19,782 bases of DNA, from positions 1 to 19,782 of the IMG/VR virus record IMGVR_UViG_2711768053_000018; one strand, 5' to 3'. A program made the translations under genes and the position numbers. This DNA comes from a virus. Its lineage: Duplodnaviria; Heunggongvirae; Uroviricota; Caudoviricetes. Numbering within the stretch: the first letter of the stretch is position 1; each line of letters starts with the position of its first letter. Shown in pieces: positions 16,973 to 19,782 of the stretch. The notes beneath the pieces were generated by a model. It saw only the letters and a list, made by a program, of their open reading frames with translations. It was not told the DNA's origin and did no database searches.

Positions 16973-17798
16973 GCAACCACCTATCGCAAAAGCCGATCTG
17001 CAAAAAACTCAGGGAAACCGTGCACCAGCAGCAGTTAACGATAAGGATGTGCTGTGCGTGATTAACAGCCCGGCAATGAAAGCGCAACTGGCAGCAGCTC
17101 TGCCACGTCACATGACAGCGGAACGCATGATCCGCATTGCTACAACAGAAATCCGTAAAGTACCGGAACTAAGAAACTGTGACTCGACGAGTTTTATCGG
17201 TGCCATCGTACAGTGTTCACAGCTCGGACTTGAGCCAGGTAGCGCCCTCGGTCATGCATATCTGCTACCGTTCGGCAACGGAAAAGCAAAAAACGGTAAG
17301 AAGAACGTACAGCTGATCATCGGTTATCGCGGCATGATCGACCTTGCCCGTCGATCAGGTCAAATCATCAGTCTGTCAGCTCGTGTTGTCCGTGAATGTG
17401 ATGAATTCAGCTATGAACTTGGCCTTGATGAAAAACTGGTTCATCGTCCCGGTGAAAACGAAGATGCCCCTATAACCCATGTCTATGCTGTTGCAAAACT
17501 GAAAGACGGAGGAGTGCAGTTTGAAGTCATGACCCGCAAACAAGTAGAAAAAGTTCGCGACACGCACAGCAAGGCGGCAAAAAACGCAGCGTCAAAAGGG
17601 GCGTCGTCCATCTGGGATGAACACTTTGAAGACATGGCCAAAAAGACAGTGATACGAAAACTGTTCAAGTATCTGCCGGTATCTATTGAAATCCAGCGTG
17701 CAGTATCGATGGATGGAAAAGAGGTGGAAACAATTAATCCAGACGACATATCGGTTATAGCCGGGGAATACAGTGTAATCGATAATCCAGAAGAATAA
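16965..17798 (+). CDS. recT: Single-strand annealing recombinase RecT
   Basis: Start at ATG 16965 ([24 protein letters not shown]...), overlapping the recE stop; matches K-12 RecT from memory. Confidence 0.9.
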   Translation: MTKQPPIAKADLQKTQGNRAPAAVNDKDVLCVINSPAMKAQLAAALPRHMTAERMIRIATTEIRKVPELRNCDSTSFIGAIVQCSQLGLEPGSALGHAYLLPFGNGKAKNGKKNVQLIIGYRGMIDLARRSGQIISLSARVVRECDEFSYELGLDEKLVHRPGENEDAPITHVYAVAKLKDGGVQFEVMTRKQVEKVRDTHSKAAKNAASKGASSIWDEHFEDMAKKTVIRKLFKYLPVSIEIQRAVSMDGKEVETINPDDISVIAGEYSVIDNPEE

Positions 17799-17839
17799 TC
17801 CAGCCTGGCGGTGTAATGCACCGCCAACGTGAGATAGTT

Positions 17840-18049
17840 TTTATGACAAAAACTTTGAGATATGACGATGTTAAACCATGTCCGTTTTGTGGTTGTCCAT
17901 CAGTAACGGTGAAAGACATTTCAGGATATTACCGGGCAAAATGCAACGGATGCGAATCCCGAACTGGCTATGGTGGAAGTGAAAAAGAAGCGCTCGAAAG
18001 ATGGAATAAACGAACTACTGAAAATATTAATGGAGGCGTTCATGTATAA
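17840..18049 (+). CDS. ralR: Restriction alleviation protein RalR (Lar)
   Basis: Start at ATG 17840 (MTKTLRYDDVKPCPFCGCPS...); Cys-rich; matches Rac RalR from memory. Confidence 0.8.
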   Translation, partial: FMTKTLRYDDVKPCPFCGCPSVTVKDISGYYRAKCNGCESRTGYGGSEKEALERWNKRTTENINGGVHV

Positions 18050-18230
18050 AATTACCGCTACAATTGAAAAGGAAGGTGGCACTCCTACTAACTGGACAAG
18101 ATATTCAAAATCTAAACTAACGAAATCAGAATGCGAAAAAATGCTCTCAGGTAAAAAAGAAGCAGGCGTTTCCAGAGAGCAGAAAGTAAAACTGATAAAT
18201 TTTAATTGCGAGAAACTTCAGTCCTCGTGA
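18042..18230 (+). CDS. ydaC: YdaC-like protein
   Basis: ATG 18042 (MYKITATIEKEGG...) overlapping the ralR 3' end, with GGAGG 6 nt upstream. Confidence 0.6.
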   Translation: MYKITATIEKEGGTPTNWTRYSKSKLTKSECEKMLSGKKEAGVSREQKVKLINFNCEKLQSS

Positions 18231-18329
18231 ATTGCATTGTATTCAAATTAAAACTTCATAGCTGATTATTAATAATCAACATCAGGCGTCAATTTCAGTC
18301 TAACATTGGCGCCTGCCAGAGGTGATGCG

Positions 18330-18545
18330 ATGGCACAAGTAATCTTTAATGAAGAGTGGATGGTTGAATACGGCCTGATGCTTCGCACTGGTCTGGGGGC
18401 CAGACAAATTGAAGCATACCGCCAGAACTGTTGGGTGGAGGGCTTCCACTTCAAACGAGTATCTCCTTTAGGTAAGCCAGACAGCAAACGAGGGATTATC
18501 TGGTACAACTATCCAAAGATAAATCAGTTTATCAAAGACTCATGA
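18330..18545 (+). CDS. xisR: Excisionase (XisR/YdaQ-like)
   Basis: Start at ATG 18330 ([16 protein letters not shown]...) with GAGGTGA RBS; sits immediately upstream of int, 1 nt from its ATG. Confidence 0.75.
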   Translation: MAQVIFNEEWMVEYGLMLRTGLGARQIEAYRQNCWVEGFHFKRVSPLGKPDSKRGIIWYNYPKINQFIKDS

Positions 18546-18546
18546 T

Positions 18547-19782
18547 ATGTCTAAATTACCAACAGGTGTCGAGATTAGAGGTAGAAACATTCGCATCTGG
18601 TTCATGTTTCGAGGAAAACGATGTCGGGAAACATTAAAAGGCTGGGAGATTACAAACAGTAATATTAAAAAGGCCGGAAATTTAAGAGCGCTGATAGTTC
18701 ATGAAATAAACTCCGGTGAATTTGAGTATTTAAGACGTTTTCCCCAGTCCAGCACTGGGGCAAAAATGGTGACAACGAGAGTCATAAAAACATTCGGGGA
18801 GCTTTGTGATATCTGGGCAAAAATTAAAGAGACAGAGTTAACAACAAACACAATGAAGAAAACGAAATCACAATTAAAAACACTCAGGATAATAATTTCT
18901 GAAAGTACCCCGATATCACATATTCGTTATAGCGATATCTTAAATTACCGGAATGAACTGTTGCATGGAGAAACGCTTTACCTGGATAATCCAAGATCTA
19001 ACAAAAAAGGAAGAACAGTGCGCACAGTTGATAACTATATCGCCCTGCTCTGTTCTTTGTTACGTTTTGCTTATCAGTCGGGATTTATATCAAACAAACC
19101 ATTTGAAGGAGTAAAAAAATTACAGCGAAACAGAATAAAGCCAGATCCGTTATCTAAAACAGAATTCAATGCATTAATGGAAAGTGAAAAAGGACAGAGC
19201 CAGAACTTGTGGAAATTTGCCGTTTACTCCGGGCTTCGTCACGGGGAACTGGCAGCTCTGGCGTGGGAGGATGTGGATTTCGAGAAGGGAACTGTGAATG
19301 TCAGAAGAAACCTGACGATACTGGATATGTTCGGTCCCCCAAAAACAAATGCCGGGATCCGGACGGTAACATTACTGCAGCCTGCTCTTGAAGCACTGAA
19401 GGAGCAATACAAACTGACCGGGCATCATCGCAAAAGCGAAATCACCTTTTATCATCGGGAGTACGGCAGAACCGAAAAGCAAAAACTGCATTTTGTTTTC
19501 ATGCCCAGGGTGTGTAACGGAAAACAGAAACCTTATTACTCGGTAAGCAGTTTGGGGGCAAGGTGGAATGCAGCAGTAAAACGTGCTGGTATTCGCCGCC
19601 GTAATCCGTACCATACGCGGCATACTTTTGCCTGCTGGCTGTTGACGGCAGGAGCGAACCCGGCATTTATAGCCAGCCAGATGGGGCATGAAACTGCGCA
19701 GATGGTGTATGAAATTTACGGTATGTGGATTGATGACATGAACGACGAACAGGTAGCCATGTTGAATGCGCGGCTATCGTAG
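18547..19782 (+). CDS. intR: Tyrosine-type phage integrase (IntR-like)
   Basis: 411 aa with C-terminal catalytic region (...HTRHTFACWLLTAGANPAFIASQMGHE...MVYEIYGMW); matches Rac IntR from memory. Stop codon is the last 3 nt of the window. Confidence 0.9.
   Translation: MSKLPTGVEIRGRNIRIWFMFRGKRCRETLKGWEITNSNIKKAGNLRALIVHEINSGEFEYLRRFPQSSTGAKMVTTRVIKTFGELCDIWAKIKETELTTNTMKKTKSQLKTLRIIISESTPISHIRYSDILNYRNELLHGETLYLDNPRSNKKGRTVRTVDNYIALLCSLLRFAYQSGFISNKPFEGVKKLQRNRIKPDPLSKTEFNALMESEKGQSQNLWKFAVYSGLRHGELAALAWEDVDFEKGTVNVRRNLTILDMFGPPKTNAGIRTVTLLQPALEALKEQYKLTGHHRKSEITFYHREYGRTEKQKLHFVFMPRVCNGKQKPYYSVSSLGARWNAAVKRAGIRRRNPYHTRHTFACWLLTAGANPAFIASQMGHETAQMVYEIYGMWIDDMNDEQVAMLNARLS

Noticed and set aside
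17376-17827. Minus-strand ORFs inside recT
   Set aside because: Antisense to a confidently identified gene.

Overview
No tools were run: every call is from reading the sequence and the supplied ORF track, and family names are from memory, not searches. The window is an internal segment of a lambdoid, Rac-like prophage (E. coli-type) that runs past both ends. Right half, + strand: kilR, ydaE, racC, recE, recT, ralR, ydaC, xis and int, with int's stop codon at the last base. Centre: an immunity region with racR flanked by two operator/promoter clusters and divergent ydaS-ydaT. Left half, - strand: O-like and P-like replication genes with an internal iteron/AT-rich ori, a translationally coupled nin-like run, a candidate Q-like regulator, and two tRNAs (Thr-UGU, Gly-UCC). 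The most interesting feature is an AT-rich two-gene cassette at 3219..4950 (ABC-type ATPase plus a small TOPRIM-like protein) with its own promoter and terminators, which looks like an OLD/PARIS/AbiL-class anti-phage defence moron of unassigned family. A second moron candidate is a convergent gene pair at 10552..11100 lying antisense in the early-right operon. No CRISPR array, rRNA, IS element or transposase was seen.
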